The translations under genes and the position numbers were made by a program. DNA of 63,416 bases, filler included, from Choristocarpus tenellus KU-1152 (lineage: Eukaryota > Protista > Phaeophyceae): the NCBI GenBank assembly GCA_964200185.2. It is 12 parts of 12 records of this genome, joined end to end, with 100 filler letters (N's around TTAATTAATTAA, not from the genome) between each part and the next. Parts side by side here need not be neighbours in the genome. Positions count along the whole stretch, not along the records: positions 4,807 to 16,365 come from CAXNAD020002255.1; positions 16,466 to 23,488 come from CAXNAD020006836.1; positions 23,589 to 34,134 come from CAXNAD020002865.1; 9 more parts are not named here. One strand, written 5' to 3'. Within the stretch, counting starts at the first letter, position 1. Each line of letters opens with the position of its first letter. This document shows, in pieces, positions 11,801-24,449 of the stretch. The notes below the pieces were generated by a model that was not told the DNA's origin, did no database searches, and saw only the letters and a list, made by a program, of their open reading frames with translations.

Positions 11801-14800
11801 TCCATCGCTAGAGGTGAAGCTTTGGACAGTTGTAGCTATCACCAGACAGACGCCCTAACTTGGTAAACACAGGAAGAAAAAATCAACCCATTCAATCTGG
11901 TCAATAAGATATTGTATCATACAATACCATATCACGAAAAAATACCCAGCTTCAGCATTTGAACCTCTGGAAAGTGCGAACAGAACAGGGTCTAGTAAGG
12001 TACCTAAACAAGTTTGAAAGATGTGTTACAATGCTACAAATGATATGTAACGTACTCAAGACTTCAAATGACGCATAGCGATGACTGAGCTAGAACCTCT
12101 AGCATAAAAGTACATCTTCCAATGATATAGCCCTAACCCTTACCTAGTATCGGGATGCAGATTTTCTTATAATACATAATTCCTCCAAACCCTAACCCTT
12201 CAAAGACCGCTCACGAAAGTAGTCTGTAGTAATATTGAACAAGGTAGTAAGTACTTCACTCAATCAATACTCCGGGTGTGCCCCAGAATAGTTCAGTAGA
12301 AATTATTCTTTCCTCAAGCAACTGTGATGTCTCTGGCCCAAAGTATCTGGGGGGGGGAGGGGATGCAGAGATGGAGGCTGGTGATGAGGAGATTGNNNNN
12401 NNNNNTCTGGCCCAAAGTATTTGGGGGGGGGGGGTCTACATCAGAGTGCCCATTTGGACCAAAACCAGGAAAAGTGTGCTTTCATTATCCATCCAATGTA
12501 TGGAACCAAATCACACAAAAATCATGACATGAAAAAAATGGCTCCAAATGGACAGCCACCACACCCCCCCCAGATATTTTGAGCCTCTCACAGCTTCATA
12601 TTAGAACATTTTAGGGTACTAACTCAGATGGATAGAAAAATGCAACTCAGTGAGGCCATCATCTCGACTTGCCTGCGTGGAGAGCTGGAGAGCTAGGTGA
12701 GAGCATGTACTTGCTGGATCCTCTGGACGTACTAGCCTCTCTTTGCAGACCACGTCATAGTGAGGTAAGGAGTTCTCAAAGTGATACCTGCAACATTTAC
12801 CGATTATTGGAACAGGAAAGCATAGGCTGAAAACCTCTTGGGTATGCAGGACACATATTGTAAAAACACTAGTGTATGATAGTTTTTACCCATAGTATCC
12901 TATTGGGGGCCTGTGTGACCCTGTAGTCATTTCCATGTCGTTTGAGTTTTCATGTCAGATGTAAGGGTAATTTATTCAAAGGAAAATAACTCGCAAAATG
13001 GGCATGAAACTGGGATATCTTACGGCACTTTACCAGGCCCCGAATGGACAACATGGGCAAGACATCTTCCACTCTAAGGTACTATGACCCTTTTTTACCC
13101 AGCAGACTCTTAGATCTGATTCCTAATACCCCGATAAGGAAATTGGTTCCCAGTCTGCATAACATTGATTGCTGCTCTTTGTGTGGCTGGGCTGGAACCT
13201 TTTTCAAATAAACGACCACTTCCATGTCTCACACTTTAACCCTCTGATTGGGTGCGGGACCAGGGATCGTAAATGGGGGATAACAGTAAGATCAGTACAA
13301 GGTATACCTGCTTTTGATACACACTAGTACAAGCGTAGGATGCTTAATTTAAAGCCTTGCTTCTGATCATTGCAGAGAAGGGTATATTAATTGCAACTCT
13401 TGATTGTGAACTGATCAAACGGGATCTCAAACAGAACTGCTTCCTTTATCATCTTTTTAATTCATCAGCGTTACCAACGACCCCTCACTTGGACACTCAC
13501 CTATGCATGCAAGTTCTATCCTTTTCTACACACCACACCTGCTAGGGTATAAGGGAGGGTATGCACCATTATCAGTGATAGTGCCACGGCCTCAGGATAC
13601 ACATTAGGAATATGACAATGTCAATGCATCATTTTCCATTCCATTTTATTTTTTCGAGTTGTCCCAATTTGGGCTCGAGCTAGGTATACCACGGGCCCTT
13701 TGCCAGTGAAGATGGGATGCTCAAGGCACACTCACGAGTTTCCTGTCAAGGGATCGAACATGCGACCAAGGCTCCTCCGGAAGATGAGCTCCTTTGGAGC
13801 CTCAATAAACAGGACAAGATCAATGCCCGAAGGGACTATAACCTGTTCAGCCCATTGATCCAGAAAGATAGAGCAGGCACAAAATACAAGTGACACCATG
13901 ATTGCAATGATGTAAGATATTGAATCATGGAGGTAGGATGTCAACAGCCTCTGACTTTGTCTACAACTAACGTCTATCAGACCAGAAGGGAGGATGGCCA
14001 CTCTATATATCAATAATCTCTGTCCTTAGTATCAGCACGACAATGATGCAACATGTTGCACAACCATCACAGAGTTTTTTTTGTTTGTTTGTGTGACACT
14101 GTTCCAGAAAGATTGGCCTCATAATTCACATGTTGCGCTTAACTGTTTCAGTGTCCAGACTGGTGGGAGTCAGTGATGCATAGTAGGGAGCTACAAGAAT
14201 AATGTGGTTATCAAATACAATAGAATTGCCTGTTGGGCAGCCAGCTTATCCAGAAAAATTATTTCGAAACCGATATTGAGAAACCAGTAGATGGATTCAT
14301 ACTCTAAACACTGAACACAGCATAAGAAGAGCAGCACATATGGCAATGATCCACACCTCATCTCCCCCTTTCACTAGTATTGGATTGGCTTCAGCAATCT
14401 GGGAGGCCTTGTCAAGGCGGGATGGTATGTGGGCATCTCCATCATATCCTGAGAGGCATTTCTCGAGCTCTGCTGCCTGTCAGCAGGTACGAGGGGTATG
14501 TGTGAGATAGCTTGTGGCTATTTGACATCAAAGTTAGATCTACCAAAAAGGTTTGTGGGTATACTAAAAGCGTTCAAACAGGCACACATAATTATAGACA
14601 CATAGACACATAGACACATAGACACACCTGTTTTGCTGTCCCTGGAAAATCCTCAATGACCCAACCAAGATACTCTTCTTGATCGGTGCTTCCAATGCCT
14701 TGAGGGGTTTCATTCCCAGACAAACTCGCTTCCTTTATATTATTGTTTTCGATTTCGATCTCCCTGATACCCAAAGCCAGAAGTTGAGCATACACCTTAT

Positions 14801-16056
14801 TGAGAAAAAAAGGGGAAGTGGAAGCAAGGTACATTGGTTTTTCAATGCATGCTGCAGAGAGTATGCCCTGAATGTACAGTTTAAGATTTTTTGGGGGGTG
14901 GGCAGTTTCAACGCCGTAGTGATGTAACAGATTTTTGTTGTGGTTGGTGTAATGGATCATGAGCAGATCCTTGAAGGGTAGAGGTGGAACTGAGAATTCT
15001 TTATGCAACCAGAGGAAAAGATGATGCCATGGGGTGGGGACAAGTCAACAAAGCTGAGGACAAAGCTCTATCTATTCATCCCTTAAGGTGCATGTTTTTA
15101 CTGTTCTTATTCTATCCCCGACCTATCGGTTGTTACTTCCTCTGGTGCACGGGGCATTGCAGTGTGATTGCAGCTGCGGCTATGATAGAACAACTGGTAG
15201 GAGTTGTAGAATATTTCTGGCATTGTTAGAGAGGCTACTCCCTGGGTAGTTTAGTGGTTTCATTCCTGTGGTTGGAATCCTCGTGGCTCAGTGAATGAGG
15301 AGAATTTTCCTTGCTTGAATTCATTGGTTTTGAACTTTGTTGATGCCAGAATTCTCTTCACAAAAATCTGGTTTCAGTTATCTAACTCCATACGCTAAGC
15401 TCAATAAATTGCATACTGGTACCATCCTGCCTGTCACTGTCTGTCTCTGTCTGTTACTGTCTGTTACTGTCTGTCACTGTCTGTCACTGTCTATCACTAT
15501 GCCAAAAGCAAAAAACACCTTGCAAAGATTGAGGTGGTAATGTCAAGGTGGGTACAGCACAAGATTTGAGGGGGAAGGTGGGGGGATGAGCGGTGGGAGT
15601 ACCGAAGGCAATGCCTTTGAAGGGCAGCACCATTAGCAAGACATGAAAAAGGGCAGCACCATTAGTTGCAGTGCAACGATTAGTTGTGAGAAACAGTACA
15701 GTGTGCAGTGCCTCCAGCCACAGTTCAGGATAGTCCACACACTAAATTGAAGATATATGAACAGAAATTTATCTTTTTTAAAAATGAGAATCTCCTGAGA
15801 TCGAAGATTCTCTCCTGGAGATTACTATCACCATATTACCTATTCTATCCAGGCATGTATTGGCACCTTTCAAGTCTACCCAAACATGTTTGGTGATTGT
15901 TTATCTGACCTGGTCAGGGATGGTGCAGCCTTGCATCAGATATGCCAGAGCCCTCTGTCCGAGGGTCTCCTTTAGGTTCATTGCCCTGGTTCCACTTGCA
16001 AGGGCCTCACTTGCTGAGTCCATAGCTTGGCGTGCCAGTTCTTCTGCGGAGAGAAC
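5892..16056 (-). CDS. SPEF2: SPEF2/CPC1-like central-pair protein, partial (11 exons)
   Basis: Phase-consistent exons 16056-15910, 14795-14628, 14476-14357, 13842-13736, 12787-12673 (GC donor), 10814-10683, 10038-9634, 9304-9158, 8652-8520, 7764-7613 and 6140-5892 (last one weaker). They give an adenylate-kinase-like region (IPDQVYAQLL..GWVIEDFPGTAKQAAELEKCLSG..RRSLGRMFDPLTGNSYHF) followed by the SPEF2-type block HWDVAE..VFRELR..RPDDKQ..FNSIDQDLRF..LW..GWV..LMQAEVERF..LLHDY. Both gene ends lie outside the contig. Confidence 0.85.
8185..8448 (+). mobile_element. MITE family A (intronic); left TIR carries TTAGGGTTAGGG
   Basis: Family A body and TIRs; flanks AGCT/AACT. Confidence 0.9.
11198..11456 (-). 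mobile_element. MITE family A, TSD AAGT
   Basis: GGGTCAAAGTATCTTAGAGGGTA...TAAGATACTTTCACTC with AAGT on both sides. Confidence 0.95.
12409..12585 (+). mobile_element. MITE family B (G-run TIR), TSD TCT
   Basis: GGCCCAAAGTATTT-G run...C run-AGATATTTTGAGCC; TCT at 12406-12408 and 12586-12588. Confidence 0.9.
12887..13090 (+). mobile_element. MITE family C (copy 1)
   Basis: TACCCATAGTATCC...AGGTACTATGACCC, T-runs on both flanks; internal homology to 61808-62086. Confidence 0.7.
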
Positions 16057-16068
16057 CTAATCTCAAGA

Positions 16069-16118
16069 TGTTAGGAATGGAAACATGTTAGGAATGGAAA
16101 CATGTTAGGAATGGAAAC
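16069..16118. repeat. 17-bp tandem repeat x3 (ATGTTAGGAATGGAAAC)
   Basis: Read directly; lies beside a SPEF2 splice acceptor. Confidence 0.85.
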
Positions 16119-16170
16119 ACAACAGTTGAACTCCGTTACCATTTTGAATTCCACCAATAGAAGGAAGTTC

Positions 16171-16342
16171 GACTCAAACTATCTGGGGGGGGTGACTGCT
16201 GTCCATTTGGGGTCCGTTTTTCCATGTCGCAATATTTGGGTGAATTTGGTTGCATGCGTTGGATGGATATTGAAAATGCACTTCTCCTGGTCAGGGCCCG
16301 AATGGACACTCTGGTGTAGAAGAAACCCCTGCCCTCCCCCCG
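16171..16342 (-). mobile_element. MITE family B, near-complete, at contig end
   Basis: GACTCAAACTATCT-G8, GTCCATTTGG box, family B body. Confidence 0.85.
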
Positions 16343-19300
16343 CCCATACCGCCTGTAGCACCCTCNNNNNNNNNNNNNNNNNNNNNNNNNNNNNNNNNNN
16401 NNNNNNNNNTTAATTAATTAANNNNNNNNNNNNNNNNNNNNNNNNNNNNNNNNNNNNNNNNNNNNCCTCCTGAGGAGACAACTGTGGTAAGAGTATGCAT
16501 ACCATGCCCATGTTCTCACGCCACCTCGCTATTGTAGTTGGTACCAATGGCATTACATGTATGCCTTGAACCTTTTTTGTCAATGTATGATGTGCAACTC
16601 TCCCCATGACATGTACTTAATTGCCTGACTTAACGCAATGTTTTCCTACACTCACAGGATTATGTCATTATTCAGTATTCATGGTTGATCCTAATCCTAT
16701 AGCCTGTACTGTACTTGCCTACCATCTGCTTGAAATGCAGTCCAATGTATTAGTTGCAGTCAAGAAATGTGATGTCATGAATTCTGTCTTTGCACTTGAA
16801 TTGTCACAACACTCTTTGGAGGTGAAACTATTCACCTAGTTTTGGTTGCTACCTGATGGTCATGTATATGTATGGCAGGTGATGAGTATCATAGAGGAAG
16901 TGAAGAAACAGCTCTAAGGCAAACATGTGAGATGCTAGGACTGGTGATAAGGGGTACAAATACTTTTTGTGTAAACATTTTCATCTCAAGACAGTACATA
17001 CATTGCTTAGGTCCTCAACCCTTTTCTGCCTGGTGCAGCATGATCTGGTGTCAAGGCCTGTATCTTGCAGCCCAAATAGTGAGGATAGAAAGGGTTTTTT
17101 TGGAAGTTCCCATTACCTGGTTGTGATTTTCTCACAAAGCTGTGTTGATGTGTTGATCGCTCTACATCACAAGGCATCCAGTGGATGAGAACAATAAATT
17201 TGGGGCATAATTTTGAGACAACTTTTGTAGTTTTTATTAAATATTTTGAGTGGTGATGCAAGAAATAGTTATGTTGACACATTCTTAGGTTGGAACCAAA
17301 TATAGTGGCAGTGGGAATAAAGAACACTTCGTAGGAACATTTCTACCCAACTACACGATGGGATACACTCATGAGATTACAAAGGATGCCATTCCGTAAT
17401 TACAAGCATAATTTTGATTGTTGTAGGACAGAATGATTTGGAATGATAAATCACCTGTTGGAAGATCCTTTTGAACTTTTTCTTCAAATATCACACAAAG
17501 GGTACTGTGCTCTATATATTTCCAATCCAATGACCCTTGGAGTACATGCTCACAGGGAATGCACAGGGTACCACCACTGGAAAATACTCAAGGGGGTGTG
17601 CTCAGTTCTTGCAACCAGTGCTGAGAGAAACAATGTGAAAGAAATATGTGATCTTTTTTGCAGTTCCTTCCAAAAGGGGAGGGTTGTTTCTGAAGCAAAC
17701 AGCTGCCCACCCTGTGTTGTCACTTATTTATTGAGACCACGTATCTCAATAGTTTTGAACAGCACACCGTTCACATTACAAGGGCAGTGCCCGGTTGGAG
17801 CTGTTACTACTGGTCTCATTTATCAACAGGTTTTATGGGAAAAAAGTCTAGTTAATATGAGGGCACAACAGAAACCACTTTGTGGAGCAAGGAGATATGA
17901 TGTAGTGGGTAAGGAAGGCAGTCGAAAATGCATACCAGTTGACGAGGTATAAAAGCACCATTCAATCAAGATCGGCCTTGGCCCTATGCCAACTCAAAAA
18001 TACTTCATCAGGTCAAGAGTGTCAAGAGTCAGCTCATTCCTCTCCTTGGAAAAGTGGAAGGAAAAGTGCTTAGGGCGGTCGAGAGGAAAAATATCAGCAA
18101 GGAATGTGATGGAGTTGAGTAAACCTGATAAAGGATCAAGATCCGCAGCACAACCATATGGGGAAACTCTGTGAAGACATGTACCACACTTGGTCTCTTC
18201 TTTCACATCTCTTACTACACCATGGTAGGGTGTCTTGCCCATGTATATTTAGGTAGCAGGTGACTGGGTAGTCTGTTGAATTGATACTAGAAATAGTTCA
18301 TTTAATACAGAGGCTGGTCCTTAGGCTTACGTTCATTCTCCTTGTTGCATGTAGGCGTTCCATTCATTCATGTAGTACGGATGTTCAGTTCAGAGTTTCT
18401 GTTTCTGTCCATAGTTTTCTTCTGTCAACACTTGTTCTTGTTCAAAGGTAATGCGAAGTGGTCCTCCGTATGATGTAAAATAATACAATTTTCATGTTAT
18501 CTTCTTGTTTTGCCTTGAACGATCACCAGTCCTATTTTACAGGTCAAAGAGTTGGAATGCTCAGTGTATGCCTCTTACACCATTCACCTCTGATTTGGAG
18601 GAAATGATGGCTTTGGACATTGTAACATTTTCCCTCTGTTGACACCATACCAAACAAATACTCCAGATTCAATCTATTTAGGGTGTGATGATTGGAAGGA
18701 TGAACTTTGAGCGCACTAGAATTTTTTTGCGCTACATAGGCTTGATGTCCTCCTTACCATCACTTTATCACATAGAACCAGCATGAACTGGGTAAACCAC
18801 ACCCCACACAAACTGTATGGGGCGGTTGCCCATTGTGATCAGAACATAACTGCCTTTCACAAAAGTCTAGAAAATCACAAATGTGAAACTGGTTGTATTG
18901 CTGAACGGTTTCCTTCATTTGAAATTGAGAATGGAAGGTGCAAGGTACAAAAATTAATAGCTATTCTGGGGTGGAAGGTTCCTGTTTGATATACCATTGA
19001 TCATCACAAAGAGTTGCAGAGTAACCCATCAAGGCTTGGTAGTTTGGTTAGCTCCAAAAAAATGAGGCGAGCTAATAACTGAATTGGAATCACATTTTCA
19101 TACTTGACACAGTTTTTTACTATTGTATGATGTGTATGGGGGCAAGGATTAATAAATGCATCAACAATATTTGGTCAATAGCAAGTATCAGATCATAATA
19201 ACCCCCAACAGAGAAGTGCTTGTTGCCCATTTCTTTCTTTGCTTCCCATCAGAAATTGGCAGTAACCAGCACTGGAGGATGGTGACTTACGCTTCATACA

Positions 19301-19399
19301 CAGAAGCCAGGAACAAGCACCCAACCTGAGTTGTTCGTAATATATTGAAGGGTAAGTGAGGAGTGGGAGGCAACTGACACTAGGACCCAGGTAAGAGGG

Positions 19400-21595
19400 T
19401 GGATGCCACTACCTACAATTGAAGGATGGGCGCACTCCCCTTCCGTATGCCTTTGCTCATTGAGCAGCCAGCACATGCCTCCAACTCGATCACCAATGTA
19501 ATGCCCATTGAAGCGGCAGTGGACATGAGCAAATCCTTGTGAAAATGGTCATAGGAGCGTTGGAAAAATTTGATGTCCACCTAAGCATGGGGAGCAGAGT
19601 TTGTGTGTGTGCGTGAGGGGGTGGTGATGACTTTGAGGGCAGTTTGAGAAATTTTAGACTTGCAGCAAAATACGTTGACCTCGCAGGGTGTAGTGACAAC
19701 CGGGAATTCTTTTGAAAACGAGGTTGCCACCTAAACGTGAGAAGGTAATAGTGTTCCGGTACATTTAGCGCCCATGCCAGCTTCAGCTTGGTAAGAGAAG
19801 AGGTGAAAGCCAAGATTTGGGACAGGAGCGACATTTCGAAGTAGTACCTCCACTTCCTTATTGTCATGCAAGGGAAACAAGATAGGTCTCCATGACTTTC
19901 AATATGGAAGGAGTTCTGACTAGCAGTGATTATCTTTCGATCAACCACACAAGGCTTGTAGTGTTTGGTCATGAATTTTCTCATATTAGTCGTATACCAC
20001 GAGGCCACATTGTGACAAATCCACTCTTCTCCTCGTGCACCATCCCCAACACTTGACAACAGACACTCATTTACCCTCCACTTGCCTTGAGAATTGCTGC
20101 CCATAGAGTCTTCAGCAGCAACTAGTAGTGCATACCGCTCATTGTCCCCTCTGCTGATCACACTTTCCACAGTATTGTGGGAAGATTCAGTCTTGATTTT
20201 GTCCTGCCCAGTAGCCCCCTTTTCTTCCCCAGCTACAACCATGGTCATAAACACTTTAAGTACATGTTGTAGCATCATGGGCACGTCCGCCACACCTGGT
20301 GCAAATGAGGGTTGGGCAAGCCACCTCCTTGTATCCATTTTTGACACACCTATCACAAGGAGTCTTCTCCGAACTCTTAGGATTGGAATTAGAATCATTC
20401 TTTTCTTTGCTCCATAAAGCTTACACCCCCCTCCACAGCCTTATCCGTTACGATGAGACTGGCTCTTCTCATGTGTTGACCTTCCAGTCATGAGATTATG
20501 ACTGTTCTTCGTTTTGATGTAACACTGCTTGTCCTTGATGATATTGATGCGGATCTCTCACGGATCGTCCATGACGTCCGCTGGAGACAATGAGCTCCAA
20601 GAAGCCACCATGCATACCTCATGTCATAATCAGAAGCTGAAGTAGTATTTTGTCATAGATGACAAGGCTGCTGTCATCATCCAACTCTGTAAGAACTCTA
20701 GTTCTGGTATGGTGAGGAGTGGGTTAGAGTGGGTTAGCCCCCATCTCCACCTTTGAAGAGAAGGATTGGCGAAATAAATCTTGACTGTTGCCCACCGTGT
20801 TTTAGTAATCCACAGCCGCAAAGAGCTTGCTAGGGCTCAGGTGTGTGCAGCATATGTTACAGCACGCTCCAGAAGCTTACAGNNNNNNNNNNATGCACAT
20901 ACAGGACTCCTGATGCACAAGTCGTCAAGTATGCTGGATCTCTCACTTGGATTATTCCTTCATAAGTATGGTCAATACCATGGTAGAAAAAGGGACTGGC
21001 ACCTATTTACCATGTGGGGGTATGATAGTAACTAAATAATAAATATTTAGACAAGTACAATATATCAAATCTAGGACTTCAAGGTCATAATGGTGTTTAT
21101 GAAACTGCCATCACGACATATCGTCTGAAACACATTTACCCTCTGTGGCAGGGGCAACAAGGGCAATGGTAAGTGTATAATATGCTTCCTCAGCCATCCA
21201 AATCTCCTTCGCACTATACCCATCAGCAAGTAAGTCCTCGTGCGATTGCTCCTGATTGATAGGTCTTGGGATAATTAGTCCAGATAACCAGCCAGTGTAC
21301 TTAAAGTGGATCGTGAAACGACTTCTCCAATCACGGTAGTTGCAATTGTTCAACAATTTGGACAGTTGGTTCTTTGATAGTGCCTTCTGCTGTAGGGAAT
21401 AAGATCGATTCCAGGCCCTGAGATTGCCAAAGAACATGATCTCTGACTCATATCACTCCTAACACTAAATCCGTCCGGACTGTCACCATTTCGGAAACCT
21501 TCGCACACAACGAGTTCATCGACTTTGGTCAGTACAAAGCCAGCTGGCGGCTGTGTGCTGGGCACAGCGACTTGGATAGCGGGATGATCCCCACC
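19400..21595 (-). mobile_element. Second decayed Ty1/copia fragment (gag, protease, pre-integrase Zn finger)
   Basis: Gag-like NYRDWRSRF; degenerate protease EEWICHNVASWYTT..IITASQNSFHIESHGDL..ALNVPE; frameshifted VDIKFFQRSYDHFHKDLLMSTAASMGITL..CAGCSMSKG. Integrase core and RT not found. Confidence 0.75.
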
Positions 21596-22475
21596 ATGAC
21601 TCTAAGCCAAAGTATCTAAGAGGGTACAGGGTTTGCCCTGTTTGTCCATTGGGGGCCTGCAATATTGAGCCGATTTACGACTTTTTCATGCATTTTTTAT
21701 GGTTTTCAGTGTTTCGAAGTTGTTAAAATGTACGCAAATTACGATCTAAAAGCTATTGTCCTCATTTTTTCCCTCCATTGGATTTTTCGAATGCAGCAGA
21801 AAATTTGATGTTTGGGTGTTTTTTGGGTGATCATATAATGGGTGAAGTGTTGGGTGGTGGTCTAAAATTCGATACATTCAACCCATTTGCATTTGAAAGT
21901 GTTTTAGGATGTACTGAAAACATCTCCTGGCCGTCTCTGTGTTACTCTCTATTGATACCGAGTTTTTTGGGGAAGAGTATCTTCTTGTGCACCAAAGCTC
22001 CGAGCGTTTCTGTCTTGTCTAAACCAGAAAGTACCAACTTCAACACGTCATCAGCCCACAGGCTAATAGATATACAAGATCAAGACAGAACCTCTCAAAA
22101 CTTGGGAACACAAGAGAACACTCTTCCTACAAGACCAGAAGCGTGGGGATGGACATAATACACACCATCGCCCAAATTGTAGTTGATAAAATAAGGGCCA
22201 AGGGGAATCAAGTAGAATTTGAGAGACACGCACATACACAATAAATGTAGCTGTCATCATCTCAATGCACAATACCAGGATGTTGCCCAAAATATATCAA
22301 CCTCTGTTGAGTTAATTGTACGCACTTCACTTATCACGACCATATCCGGTTCCAACAAAAAGAGGGGAAAAAAACTTAGAAAAATGACATGTACAAGGAA
22401 AGTAAAAATGCACTGATACAAGACCTAATTCGAAACACCTCACATTGTGGAATCAAACCTTTCCGCCTCTACTAA

Positions 22476-23460
22476 TCAAACATCCACCCTTATTGTCCAG
22501 AACCAGCTTCCCTGAGTTGTCCCTTGTCCGATGTCATATCTTTCCGCCAACAGCCAGACATTCCGCACCTGGCCGTCATCCCACCTGACCTCGTAAGGGT
22601 AGTTGACTGGCCCTTGTCCATGGTCAACCACATACTCGTGTTGGTGTCTTGACACAGTGCCTCTCATCCACCACTCTTCATCCCGGAAGTACAATCCCCT
22701 GCCCGCAGCACCACGAAGAAGGGTAGTCTCTTCTAGAACAGGCACAACCTCCAACCCAGGTTCTTTGAGGATGCACCTCCCCATTCTTCTCTCATTTTCC
22801 ATCCGAGTGAAAGTATCTTAGAGGGTAGGAATTTTGCGCTGTTTGTCCGTTTGGGGCTTGGCTTCCCTCGGGATTTTTTACAACATTTTCCTACTCCGAA
22901 GTTTTGGAGTAGGTAAAATGTATAAGTTATGAAAAGATGTGTCCAGAAGAAGGATATCAACCATTCCTAACTTATACGATAGCCAAAATTAAGTCAAAAT
23001 CGCAACATTGGATTTTGACCCCCAAACGGACGCAGCTTTACCCTCTAAGATACTTCGAATCATCGGCCTAAGTTGCCGTTCCTTCCGCTCGTTGTATTGA
23101 ACTTGGAGTGTTTCGCGCTCCCTGTTCCCCTTCTCCCGCAGCAGTTGAACGCCCTCCTCAACCTCTTCCTCCAGCATGTGCGATTATAGCCCTCGGGGCA
23201 AGGACTGGTGGCCATGTTCGGCCTTGTATCCCACGGAGTACACCAGTCTTTCTTCATTATCAACACCCACATTGTAAATTCTCCCCCTGATGACGGCATC
23301 ATAACAGCCAGGCGGTATGAATTCTGTCCCTCGTCCAAACTTGGCGTGGGATGTGTCCCTGCGGGTTCGTTTTTGGAGAAGACTACCGGAGGTCCCCCCG
23401 GGAAGATGGTGTAGGTCTTGTCAACCTCATTGTAGGGGAGCTGGAGGAAACCAGGGACGA
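22476..23460 (-). pseudogene. Disrupted ORF, C-terminal part, with a Tudor/SH3-like tail
   Basis: Removing MITE 22805-23061 and a 4-bp TSD fuses ...KERQLRPM-ENERRMG... in frame. One frameshift near 23175. Tail WWMRGTV..PYEVRWDDG..VWL..Y..GSW. Confidence 0.65.
22805..23061 (+). mobile_element. MITE family A, TSD ATCC/ATCG
   Basis: Both TIRs present; excision with a 4-bp TSD restores the host ORF frame. Confidence 0.93.
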
Positions 23461-24367
23461 CGATGACCCAAAGTATCTGGGGGGGGGGNNNNNNNNNNNN
23501 NNNNNNNNNNNNNNNNNNNNNNNNNNNNNNNNTTAATTAATTAANNNNNNNNNNNNNNNNNNNNNNNNNNNNNNNNNNNNNNNNNNNNCCCCCAACTCTC
23601 CCCCCACGTCACAGCTATGCCACTCCTGCCCCTCACCTGCGACTGCGGTGAGAAGGGCAAGTGCTGCAGAAATGAGAACCCCGGTCATGGAGACAAGGAA
23701 GTACCCTCTTCCTACTGCTTCTACAGCACCATTTCGAAGTTTGGGTAATGCCTTTGGTGCTTTTCCCTTCGACATAATGGAGATGACTGAGTTGTTTGCT
23801 GCAGATAATGTCCTAGACCTTCTTGGGTCACCTGACCTGCTTCTCAAGAGATAAACTTGGGGACAAGAAAGATGGGTGGAAAGCACATGACAGACAGTCC
23901 AGATATGGGCAAAGGGGCATTAAAGTATCAGGAAGATTATATGGGTTAATGGACATGTATTTGTGTAAGGTGTTACTCTTTTTGTGAATTACCTGTAATA
24001 TCCATGCCCTGCAACCACTTGGCTGAGATAGGTACAGCGTGCTTGAGTTCCTCATGAAGTTTCAGTTGCATGAAATATCAAGTTTATCAAGGAGGTATGT
24101 AGCATTGCAGATTGAATTAGTCCAACTACCTTCTTATGATACGGAGGCTATTATATTGATATGTGCGTATGTACATTGCTTGTTGCACTGTTTTATTTCA
24201 CCAGCTCTTAAAGCTTGGCATAACTCTCGTTACTCAACATATAACCCTGCTCCTTCACGGTTGTTTCTCTTTGGAGGTACTTGACGTAGGAATGACCTGA
24301 ATAGATAGGGCAACACACTCCACTGAGCATTCTCCCATCCCATTCCCTACTTGTTTTTCTTGGACTC

Positions 24368-24374
<7 letters not shown>

Positions 24375-24431
<57 letters not shown>

Positions 24432-24449
24432 CACACACACACACACACA
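24375..24449. repeat. (CA)n microsatellite
   Basis: Read directly. Confidence 0.97.

Larger units (their letters stand above)
21604..23464 (-). mobile_element. End of a long TIR element with a family-A terminus and an internal ORF (candidate autonomous partner)
   Basis: AAGCCAAAGTATCTAAGAGGGTACAGGGTTTGCCCTGTTTGTCCATTGGGGG at 21604, followed by non-MITE sequence. An ORF ends at 22476 pointing toward this terminus. Confidence 0.55.

Noticed and set aside
12332-12408. Tandem duplicated MITE B start (similar cases at 35330-35420 and 49380-49460)
   Set aside because: Occurs beside long G runs and, in two cases, N10 gaps; most likely sequencing or assembly artefact.
14796-15008. N-terminal part of ORF 14592-15008
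   Set aside because: Lies upstream of the splice acceptor at 14796; intronic read-through rather than coding sequence.
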